A DNA stretch of 64,000 bases from the NCBI RefSeq assembly GCF_006345805.1, contig NC_042999.1, positions 98,332,001 to 98,396,000 on the forward strand, read 5' to 3'. The translations under genes were made by a program, and so were the position numbers. The notes below the pieces were generated by a model. The model saw nothing but the letters and a program-made list of their open reading frames with translations. It ran no database searches and had not been told where the DNA came from. How positions within the stretch are numbered: the first letter of the stretch is position 1; each line of letters starts with the position of its first letter. The stretch is from Octopus sinensis. Lineage: Eukaryota. Below are positions 1-9,870 of the stretch, piece after piece.

Positions 1-1025
1 AAAGACGATTTAATATGAATACTTCATTTTTATATGAGGCAATTTGGACAAGGGTATCTGCATGATGTGTATGCCCTACTTCAATTGCATGATTTTGATT
101 CTCAAAATTGTACTCCCTGGCTAATATATACCAGGAGTCTCTACTAACACACACACACACACATACATCAATCTGTCTGCATGTCTGACTAATGATGCTC
201 TTGTAGTTTTACCAATCTTTCACTCTGACTGGCTCATTTCCTTTTTTCAACCCCGAAAGGACAAAAGGCAAAGTACACCTCATTAAGTTTGAAATCAGTG
301 CATAGAGAATCAAAGCAATTAGAATGTGCAGCATTCTATCTGACCTTCAGGTGACTCTGCCAAATCAGGCAATCAGCAAATTGGGCTGCTCATTGGTTCC
401 CCCATCAATTGCACAACCTGAATTTGGTATGCTCTGATCTTCACCTGGTTAGTCCACTATAGGACAGTTTTCAAGAACAACAATATTGTGACATAGACAA
501 GCTGAAAGCAGTTGTGCACAACAGTACACATCTGAAATGTTTTCAAGGAGAAGTTTAGAATTGGGTTCAATGATGAAAAGGGTATCATTTATGATGGAGA
601 TTATGTTGAGTAGAACCTTTTCATAGAGGATGAGTCACTCTACCAAAGAATGCAATTTGAATTACCTTCAGTTAATAAAACAGTTATACCCAGTTTAGCA
701 TTGCTTTTGGTATCACCCTTATATATGTCATGATTTTTGAGATTATCTCACCTTTTCATATGAAGCTGGTCTTAATTGCCATTTGGTGATTGTGGCACTC
801 TATAGGGGCAGAGATAATTGTAATAAATCAAGATTTTGTGTTACATGGTATTTAGTAGATGTGTAGTAATCTCTGTTGTTCATATACATACCACTAGTTA
901 CTCTCAGTTATTTCTTTTAGCTCATTTTTGTTAAATTTATGCAAATTACCTAAACCATAAATGTATTCTACTTTTCCAAATGTATCTAAATATTTTGGTG
1001 ACTAGACTCAGGGTAGAAGAATTGT

Positions 1026-1066
1026 TGTGCTAATGACACTTATTGAAGCAGAAACACGTGTCCATG
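1026..1066 (+). ncRNA. Decayed minimal type I hammerhead motif (HH-A)
   Basis: TGTG-CTAATGA-CACTT-ATTG-AAGCA-GAAA-C-ACGT-GTC-CATG; palindromic stem III ACACGTGT; G5A change; stem II restored if two CpA were CpG. Confidence 0.5.
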
Positions 1067-1262
1067 CCTGTCCTCTTCTTCTCCAGACAATAAGCTGGCC
1101 TTTTATCTTTATGGCATATCATCTTTGGAGAATTTTTAAGTCTTTAGATTATCTCCCTTTCTCGTGTAGAAGGGGTTTCAATTGCCATTTGGTAATTGTA
1201 CAAATCCTCTAGAAGTGAGACATATTTTAAGTGATCAGAAATTTATGTCATATGATATTTAA

Positions 1263-2100
1263 CCCCTTAATGAATTATCCCAAGTTTACTCGTGCATCGC
1301 AAATGTATCTTTCTAGAACCAGACGAGTATACTCGGGTAAATTAACTTGTAATTTTAGCACTCAAACGAGTTTATTTGTTTTGTGTCGTTTCATTTTTGA
1401 GCAATCATGAATTTACTCATGTTGTTTAAAAAAAATTTGTATTTTTTCATTTGATGGATTTGGCTATCTGGAATGCTTATGTTTTGTATAAAGCATCTTT
1501 GGAAACTTCAGCTTCTGCTATGAAACCATTGAAATTTAGAATGCAAATAATCACCAAGATTATTGAAAAATATAGGCCCTTATTGCCTCCCACAAAACCA
1601 GGAAGACCATCATTGACCCTACATCCAACAAGATTTGCCCCAGCTGGTCACTTTCCCATGGAAATACCACAATGTGATAAGAAAAAGAACCATGCAAGAC
1701 AGTGTGCAAAATGCACAGAGAAGAGAGATGCTAAAGGAAAGAAGATTCGAAGATACATGTGTGATGTCTGCAAAATAACTTTGTGTGTAACTTGTTGTTT
1801 TAAAAATTATCCTTCTAAATAAACTATCTCATTTTTAAAAACTTTTCCTTTGATTTAAAAGCAATACATCTTATAAAAAATCGAAGATAGTTAAGCTATA
1901 TGTATTTTTTCAATGTCCAAATTAATTCGATTAAATCCAAATGAGTAAAAATACATTTTAATTTCTATAATAAAAAATAAAGGAAACAAAATTAAAAAAA
2001 TTTTTTTTTGTAATTAACACAGTATATATAATTAAAAAAGGAAATAAAAAATATGCTCTGAAATGAAACGCCATGTCAAAATAATTGATCCATTAAGGGG
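1263..2100 (+). mobile_element. Internally deleted piggyBac (PGBD4-like) element, 838 bp
   Basis: TTAA at 1259-1262 and 2101-2104; perfect TIR CCCCTTAATG / CATTAAGGGG; subterminal palindrome CGAGTATACTCG at 1324-1335; transposase C-terminus inside. Confidence 0.92.
1451..1822 (+). pseudogene. piggyBac transposase C-terminal remnant with cysteine-rich domain
   Basis: FFHLMDLAIWNAYVLYK, GRPS...HFP, CxxC...CxxC...LCxxCCF pattern; DDD core absent. Confidence 0.85.
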
Positions 2101-2182
2101 TTAATATACCTGTATTTGTCTATGGTATTCATATATACTCCACTGGCCATTCTGAGTTAGTTCTCTTAGCTCATCTTTGTTA

Positions 2183-2217
<35 letters not shown>

Positions 2218-2921
2218 TATACATTTAAGTCTGTCATCAGTCTTAATGATCATTAGGCTGGAGCTCATCCTGGTATCTATAGCTTTTAAACAGCTGAAAT
2301 TATAATATTATCACTGACTGAAACAACAGCCTTTGCACTGTTAACCCCACAGAAGACGCCAATGCTCTTTTTTTTTATCTGAGTGAAGTGGAATAAATGA
2401 AATGAAGTGTTGTGCACAATAATATAATGTGCTACCTGGTGTGGGGATTGAAACCATGACCTTATGATTGTGAGTCCAACAATCCTAACTACTAATCTAC
2501 ATACGTTCATTACAGACACAGTGCCAACACATATTGACTAATACACACTACACTAATTAATCACTATTTCCAAATCTCAGCATGCCAAATATGCTGTCTT
2601 TAGGATAGTGTATTTGTGCTTGTATAACTTAAAATAGTATATAATACTATTACAAAATAAAACAAAAATAAATATAACAATATATGTGTTTTAAATGGCT
2701 ATCATAACTTTTCTACAGTGTAATTGACTCATTTTCACCTCACAATGTCTTATGAGGTTACTTGCCAAAATACCAAACAATATAAAATCTGCCAGCTTTT
2801 GATATATTTATCTGTTCCAGATTTAAATCTTACTTCATGTGTCTGATTTATTGCTGTATACTTCTAGTCTTCACAGAGAAAGATATTATCTTTTCTTCTT
2901 TTATTAATACTATCTGATTAG

Positions 2922-2965
2922 AGCTTGAAACAGAAATTTCTACTGCAGAAGCCTTGGGCAATGAG
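2922..2965 (+). other. Candidate 44-nt exon (xLETEISTAEALGNE) of an unidentified upstream gene
   Basis: Pyrimidine tract + ttag acceptor, GAG|gtaaga donor, open frame; product not recognised. Confidence 0.35.
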
Positions 2966-3465
2966 GTAAGATCATTGATATTTAAATTAAAGTGAGTTTT
3001 TGAAATTGACTCTTTCTGTTTATTCACTCACTATAGATTTAGTGGTGTAGTACCAAATAATTCAAAACAGAAATTTCTACAGCAGTAGTCTTGGGCAATG
3101 AGGTAAGATCATTAATATGTGTATTACACACAGTTTTCGAAGTGGACATGTTGCAAGGTTCACAGACTACGGGCGGGCCTGTTCAGTGAAAAATCCTCTT
3201 GACTAAGTGGGGGAGTATTTGAAAGGGTAGAGAAGTGATTTAATGCAAAGGGCAAGCTTATGTGTTGCTGGTATATGGGGATAGGGCCATTGCTGCTGAT
3301 GTAATATTGAAGGACATAAATCCGAAAAGTTTAATATGAAATGAAAGAACCTGATTCGTTTTCATCTATTCTAAAGATCCCCAAGAGGGTCCCTGACTGT
3401 AAACTATAATGTGGAGGAGGAAAGGATGCCAACTAACAAGGATGTTGTAGCTGTATATATATAAT

Positions 3466-3508
<43 letters not shown>

Positions 3509-3604
3509 GATTGAAAAGTAACACATGAGTTGATGTGTATAAGAAAAATAAGACAAAGTAAAAAATGCTAAAATAATTTTATCATGAAATACATTATGTT
3601 ACGG

Positions 3605-3642
3605 TTAGTACCAGTTTCAGTCTTTTTGACTTTTTCAACTAA
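3605..3642 (-). ncRNA. Minimal type I hammerhead with U3-A8 core variant (HH-B)
   Basis: Minus strand TTAG-TTGAAAA-AGTC-AAAAA-GACT-GAAA-C-TG-GTA-CTAA; stems I and II perfect; spacing exact. Confidence 0.7.
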
Positions 3643-3690
3643 GAGTAAAACAAAGGTGGATAATAATTAAGAAGGAAAACAATTAAATTG

Positions 3691-3779
3691 GAAAATAGGG
3701 ACATAAACACACCAACATCAATTGTGAAGCAATGGTGGGGGGACAAACACAGACACACAAATACATCCATATATGACGG
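3691..3779 (-). mobile_element. SINE A internal fragment (left piece of a split copy)
   Basis: Matches the reverse complement of 45705-45795; ends at ...ATATGACGG. Confidence 0.75.
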
Positions 3780-3780
3780 A

Positions 3781-5015
3781 TCCCACTGGATCAACAAAAA
3801 ATCTGTGACCCCCTTCGATGTCAGCGACTCGGCTGAAATTAGCGACCTAGTGGGCCTTTTCATCCTCCATAGGCTGAAAACCCTATTCACAGGCCTCTCA
3901 GGTGGTCTTTACCGCGATGACGGCCTTTTCGCCCTCCATAAAATAAACCCCAGGACCACGGATGGGTTCCGGAAAAATCTTTACACCTTCTTTAAAAACT
4001 TAGGCCTTAGGATTACCTTAGAATCCAACTTAACTAAAGCTAACTTCCTTGACGTCACCCTCGACTTAAAAACCTCACTCTATTACCCGTACCACAAACC
4101 AAATGAATCCCTTAGATATATAGATATTAATTCCAACCACCCCAAAAATATATTAGATAACCTAGTAAAAAGTGTCTCAATTAGAATCTCTAGCCTGTCC
4201 GCCACGGAAGATATCTTTAAGGCCGCAGCCCCCTATTACAACGAAGCCCTGGCCCGCAGTGGCTTTAAAGATAAGATTACCTATACTAGTATAGCCCCAC
4301 GCCAACCCAGGAAAAATAGACGAAGACACATTAGCTGGTACAACCCCCCCTTCAACCGTGAGATCGCTACACCTGTAGCTAAAATCTTCTTCACTCTCCT
4401 ACAGAAACACTTCCCCACCCAACATAAGTACTACACTATCCTAAATAAGAACACTATTAGACTCTCCTACTCTACCACGCCCAATCTAGCCAGGAACCTA
4501 GCCAACAACAATGTGAAAAAACTTAACATATCTACTTTTTCCGAGGCCCATTCTACGTCCGATAGCAATTGCAACTGCCCTGATAAAACCACCTGCCCCC
4601 TCAACAACAACTGCCTACAGAGGGACCTAGTATATACATGCGAGGTAAGATCAGGCCCTGACGATAAAAGAAAATCCTACATCGGAATGACGTCAAACAG
4701 CTTTAAGACCCGCTGGTACGCACATACACACACTCGTTCCGGCGACAGGATAAATCCAACCAAACTACCCTCGCCGCCCACATCTGGTACCTTAAAAGGA
4801 ACTCCATCCCCTTCAAGACCAAGTGGAAACTACTACAGAAGGCGCGTTCGTACACAGGAGGCCATACCTGCTGTGACCTTTGCATTTCGGAGAGCCTAGA
4901 GATCTTGTTCGCCAAAGGCCCTCTCCTTAACAAAATCTCAGAACACTCCCCAAATTGCATGCATAAGAATTATGCAAACTACAAGAACTATAGACCTACC
5001 CGGCAACCAGATTGA
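3781..5015 (+). pseudogene. Penelope RT/GIY-YIG ORF with one frameshift near 4721-4735
   Basis: ORF 3688..4899 continues after removing one AC as SFRRQDKSNQTTLAAHIWYLK...CCDLCISE...LLNKISE...CMHK, stop TGA 5013-5015. Confidence 0.88.
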
Positions 5016-5099
5016 AGACACCCCACCCACAAAACCCCCCCAATCCCACCGTTCCCCTGGCACCCCCGATTACCTTTTCTCCTAAGACCTTTCACATAT

Positions 5100-5585
5100 T
5101 GTATGTGCACGCTTGTATATGTGTATCGTGTATATATGTATAGAAATGTATGGGTATAGTAGGAATATACGCATGATTTATGTGTGTGTGTGTGTGTATG
5201 TATGTAAAAAAAAAAAATATATATATATGTATGTGTGTGTGAGTGTGTGTGTGTATGTGTATATATGTATATATGTATATATGTGTGTATGCATATGTAT
5301 GTGTATATGTATGAGTGTATGTATGTGTATGTATGTGTATGTATGTATAAAATATTATATAATTAGGGCTTAGTAATATAAATTACTCTGCCACATACTG
5401 AACTTTCTAGAAATAGCAGCCAAAAAAGTTTTTTAGCCTCTTCCACGACTTAAAGAATACTTTCTCTCAGACATTGTTTACTCAAAAAAATAATGGTCCT
5501 TTTACATATTGAATACTTGGAGAAATTGATTAATAACTAATTAACTTTACCTTCAATTGTTGATATATATATATGTGTGTGTATA

Positions 5586-5648
<63 letters not shown>

Positions 5649-5921
5649 GAGAGTGTATGTATATATGTGTATATATATGTATGTGTGTATGTGTGTGTGT
5701 GTGTATATATAAAGATAGGTATATATATGTGTGTATATGTATGTGTGTGTGTATATGTATATATATATGTATATATATATATATGTATATATATGTGTAG
5801 GTGTACGTGTATATGTACATATACGTGTACGCTCGTGTGTTTATGTATATGTAGGTACGTAGAGTTATGTATGTGTGTATGTATATGTACATGTGTGTAG
5901 GTATGTATATGTATGTGTATA

Positions 5922-5966
<45 letters not shown>

Positions 5967-6510
5967 ATGTGTATGTATATATATATATATGTGTATGTAT
6001 GTGTATGTGTATGTATGTGTATGTATATATGTATGTATTTGTATGTAGGTGTATATGTAGGTGTGTGTATATATATTTATTGGTGTATATGTATAGACTA
6101 GCCTTCTAATACTGTAGACATGATTCTGTGGGTAAGCGTACTATGTGTATATAGGTGTGAATGTGTGGGCGCGAGTGAGTGCTTGCGTTTGTATCAGTAA
6201 GTAGATAGAAAAACAGAACCTAAAATTAAAATAAGAGAATAAAAATGTTTGTGTATGTGCGTGCATATATATGCATTTGTATATATAGGTGCGAGTGGGT
6301 ATACATATGTGTATGTGTATGTGTTTGTGTATCTGTGTGTATGTACATGAGTATGTGTAGATATATGTACACATATATATATATATATATGTATGTGTAC
6401 GTGTATGTATGTATATAGATGTATGTATATGTGGGTATGTATGTATAGGTATAGATATATGTGAATAGGCAGGTGTGTATATGTGTATGTATATATATAT
6501 ATATGTAGAT
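5100..6510. repeat. Compound (TA)n/(TG)n/(TATG)n microsatellite field
   Basis: Directly visible; source of the YI/CV-rich spurious ORFs. Confidence 0.95.
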
Positions 6511-6747
6511 GTACAAGTGAGAGTCTCCCCACTTACCTAAAACTTTTTTTATTATTTTTTTATTTTATTTTTATTTTATCTTTTATTCTTTTATTTATTC
6601 TTTTATCTACTTTACCACCGATTCCTTTGACCACTCCCCTAATAATGACAGTTTTGCGCCATGCCTACCCCCAAAAAAGTCCCCCACCACCACCACCCAT
6701 TTAAACCTGCCTAAATGTATAAATGCCAAAACAACTCTTGTCGACTT

Positions 6748-6796
6748 GCTTCCTGATGATTTCTTTTGAATGAAACAGTTCTAGTCCTGTAGAAGC
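6748..6796 (+). ncRNA. Type I hammerhead at Penelope 3' end (HH-C), predicted cleavage after GUA at 6791
   Basis: GCTTC-CTGATGA-TTTC-TTTT-GAAT-GAAA-CAG-TTCTAGTC-CTG-TA-GAAGC; 5-bp stem I, 4-bp stem III, U.U at 10.1/11.1. Confidence 0.78.
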
Positions 6797-6813
6797 TCCT
6801 TCTATATAATAAA

Positions 6814-6851
<38 letters not shown>

Positions 6852-6854
<3 letters not shown>

Positions 6855-8825
6855 TCATAAGCCAACTAATTAGAGAGAGAGTTAGTTTAGATGAGATGCA
6901 GTTTGGGTTCGTGCTAGGGAAAAGTACCACTGATGCTATATTCCTGGTAAGGCAGCTGCAGGAGAAATACCTAGCCAAAGATAAGCCCCTGTACCTGGCT
7001 TTTGTTGACATGGAGAAAGCCTTCGACAGGGTCCCCCGATCCCTCATCTGGTGGTCAATGAGGAAACTAGGAATAGATGAATGGTTAGTGAGAGCTGTGC
7101 GAGCCATGTACAGGGACGCTGCTAGTAAGGTGAGGGTTGGCAACGAGTACAGTGAAGAATTCCGGGTAGAGGTAGGGGTCCACCAAGGCTCAGTCCTCAG
7201 CCCCCTCCTATTTATCATAGTCCTCCAGGCAATTACGGAGGAATTCAAGACAGGATGCCCCTGGGAGCTCCTCTATGCTGATGACCTTGCTCTAATTGCT
7301 GAGTCACTATCAGAACTGGAGAAGAAGTTTCAGGTGTGGAAGCAAGGTTTAGAATCGAAGGGCCTTAGAGTCAATCTAGCTAAAACCAAAGTCGTAATAA
7401 GTAGGAAGGTAGACAAATCACAAACACCTTCAGGTAGATGGCCCTGCTCGATCTGTAGAAAAGGTGTAGGTAGAAACTCTATAAGATGCACCAAGTGTAA
7501 GCTATGGACACATAAGAGGTGTAGCAATGTCATAGGAAGGCTAACTAGGAAGATGGTTTTTGTATGTGGCAGATGCTCGGGAGCATTAACCTCTGAAAAT
7601 ATGCAGAAAACAACTTCCGTCACTTTCCAGGGGGAAAAACTAGAAGTAGTTGATAGCTTCCGTTATCTTGGTGACCAAGTCAGTTGTGGGGGTGGGGGTG
7701 CTGAAAGTGTAATGGCTAGAGTAAGAATAGCCTGGGCAAAGTTTAGGGAGCTCTTACCTCTGCTGGTGACTAAAGGCCTCTCGCTCAGAGTAAAAGGCAG
7801 ACTGTATGATGCATGTGTACAAACAGCCATGCTACATGGCAGTGAAACATGGGCCGTGACTGCTGAGGACATGCGTAAGCTTGTGAGAAATGAAGCCAGT
7901 ATGCTCCGATGGATGTGTAATGTCAGTGTGCATGCTCGACAGAGCGTTAGTACCCTGAGAGAAATGTTGGACCTAAGGAGCATCAGTTGTGGTGTGCAAG
8001 AGAGACGATTGCGCTGGTATGGTCATGTGGCGAGAATGGATGAAGATAGGCGTGTGAAAAAGTGCCAATCCCTAACAGTGGAGGGAACCCGTGGAAGAGG
8101 TAGACCCAGGAAAACTTGGGACGAGGTGGTGAAGCACGACCTTCGAACTTTAGGTCTCACTGAGGAAATGACCAGCGACCGAGACCTTTGGAAATATGCT
8201 GTGCATGAAAAGACCAGGCAGGACAAGTGAGTCCAGCCCACTTATGCATGCCTTTCCTCCCTTGGACACACAAAGACCTGTTGAGGCAAGCGAAGTCAAT
8301 ATCGAACCTCATCCGACGGCAGGCACCTATGCCTACCCCCCTTTGCTTGCGAAGACTTGTTGGGGCAAGTGAAATCGGAATCGAAATTGAACCAATCCTA
8401 TGACTGGCACTCGGCAGATACCAGGACCCCTGGACTGGAGATACGTAAAAAGCACTATCCGAATCGTGGCCGATGCCAGCGCCGCCTCAACTGGCTTCCG
8501 TGTCGGTGGCACGTAAAAAGCACCATCCGAATTGTGGCCGAAGCCAGTGCCGCCTCGACTGGCTTCCGTGCAGGTGGCACATAAAATGCACCAATATGAC
8601 CGTGGCCGATGCCAGCCTCGCCTGGCACCAGTGCAGGTGGCACGTAAAAAGCATCCACTACACTCACGGAGTGGTTGGCGTTAGGAAGGGCATCCAGCTG
8701 TAGAAACATTGCCAGATAAGACCAGAGCCTGGTGCAGCCTTCTGGCTTCCCAGATCCCCGGTCGAACCGTCCAACCCATGCTAGCATGGAGAACGGATGT
8801 TAAACGATGATGATGATGATGATGA
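6852..8825 (+). mobile_element. 5'-truncated RTE-clade LINE with tandem-repeat 3' UTR and (GAT)n tail
   Basis: RT ORF followed by 3' UTR with three ~65-70 bp GGTGGCACGTAAAAAGCACC units, the GGAAGGGCATCCAGC segment and TTAAAC(GAT)n. Confidence 0.93.
6854..8230 (+). CDS. RTE reverse transcriptase (5'-truncated, no internal stops) with embedded PHD finger
   Basis: QFGF, AFVDMEKAFD, GVHQGSVLSP, LYADD, FRYLG, LRWYGHV, RGRPRKTW motifs; C4HC3 at 7445-7576. Confidence 0.92.
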
Positions 8826-8977
8826 ATGGGCTTCTTACAGTTTTCACCTACCAAATCCACTCTCAAGTCCTTGGTCGGCCTGAGGCTATAGTAGAAGACT
8901 AAGGTGTCACACAGTGGGACTGAACTCAGGACCATGTGGTTAGGAAGCAAGCTTTTTACCACACAGCCACTCCTGTG

Positions 8978-8978
<1 letters not shown>
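8826..8978 (-). mobile_element. SINE A 5' fragment (right piece of a split copy)
   Basis: Starts ATGGGCTTCTT, the continuation of the 3691-3779 piece; ends at the tRNA head. Confidence 0.8.
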
Positions 8979-9013
<35 letters not shown>

Positions 9014-9054
9014 CCTTGAAGACAATGTAACCTTCATTTAACTAAGGTATCTTT

Positions 9055-9137
9055 GGCCTGATGAGTAGCTAATGAAGTAACCTTCATTGAGCAATTATTA
9101 CTTCCACAGTTTTGCTCACTAGGAAACATATGTAGCC
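9055..9137 (+). ncRNA. Type I hammerhead with branched stem II (HH-D), predicted cleavage after GUA at 9134
   Basis: GGC-CTGATGA-GTAG...CTAG-GAAA-C-ATAT-GTA-GCC; palindromic ACATATGT; inner hairpins AATGAAG/CTTCATT and GAGCAA/TTGCTC; G.G at 10.1/11.1. Confidence 0.7.
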
Positions 9138-9309
9138 TGGATTTTACCAACTCTATTCCCTTAATTTGGATTTTCATTTGCATACATAGCAACTATGGTT
9201 GCTAACCATGAACTATAAAATAACTATTTTCAGCTTATCCAACTTCAGTATGAAAATAACTCATAATCCTCTACACCAATAGAGTTGTTTCTTATTATAT
9301 ATATATATA

Positions 9310-9870
9310 TATATAAAAGAATTTTTTTGTGAAATAAGATAAAAAACCAAGGCTGAATAGATATTAGAGCATTTATAGATAGAAGGTCTTACAGCTGTTT
9401 CTAGGATATTAATTAATTGTATCCGTTCATCGGAGACGATGTGAGACGAAAATTAAGTCATAGTTAGTTTCGATGTGATAGAAAATAGAGAGTGAGGTGG
9501 AGGAAAGAAAATAGATGTAAGATATGTATAGGTATTGAAATTGTAAATCCGTTTTATAGGCATGTTATATATGCAATATTCCAATATCTTTTGAGTAAAA
9601 TCAAAAAGTCCAACAAAGTTTAATATGAGTCCCTCCAAATATAGAGTTTGTAGGATTCCCTTATGAGTGAGATCCAGCAAATTTTTAAACTTAGTCATTC
9701 CCAGTATGCAAAAAATTCTTATATATGCATGCTGACATAGAACCAACATTGAACTCTTTATTTGCAATATTACCGAATCTGGAACTTAACTATGGTCTGT
9801 CAGCATTACCTGACACCTTTGGGTCTCAATGACACCATTATCTCTTATAACCTCAACTTCTCGCTATATA
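9310..9870 (-). mobile_element. Non-autonomous or degraded Penelope-type fragment carrying HH-E
   Basis: Shares two blocks with 10245-10500; hammerhead near its minus-strand 3' end; no intact ORF. Confidence 0.5.
9386..9437 (-). ncRNA. Type I hammerhead-like motif with U4C core (HH-E)
   Basis: Minus strand GTCT-CCGATGA-AC-GGATA-(11 nt)-TATCC-TA-GAAA-C-AGCT-GTA-AGAC; palindromic ACAGCTGT. Confidence 0.62.

Larger units (their letters stand above)
3780..6810 (+). mobile_element. 5'-truncated Penelope-like retroelement (RT + GIY-YIG, microsatellite-laden 3' region, hammerhead-bearing 3' end)
   Basis: RT motifs SAEISDLVG, GLYRDDG, NFLDVT, YNPPF; linker CNC...CPLNNNC; GIY-YIG VY...YIGMT...FKTR; hammerhead at 6748-6796. 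That 5016-6810 belongs to the same element is inferred. Confidence 0.85.

Noticed and set aside
3688-3780. N-terminus of the 403-aa ORF as a real start
   Set aside because: The first ~31 codons are an antisense SINE A fragment fused by chance to the truncated Penelope frame
5113-6532. Many YI/CV/HT-rich ORFs (also 11711-13025, 46242-46706, 47566-47888, 55192-55506, 58975-59350)
   Set aside because: Translations of (TA)n, (TG)n and (AAT)n microsatellites; no coding signal
6802-8241. Antisense ORFs over the RTE RT, and similar shadows over 61234-62771
   Set aside because: Shadow frames of mobile-element coding sequence
8357-8787. ORFs in RTE 3' UTR copies (also 15429-15817, 18029-18502, 25428-25806, 35613-36047, 42001-42537)
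   Set aside because: Recurrent translations of the same repeat, with frames not conserved between copies
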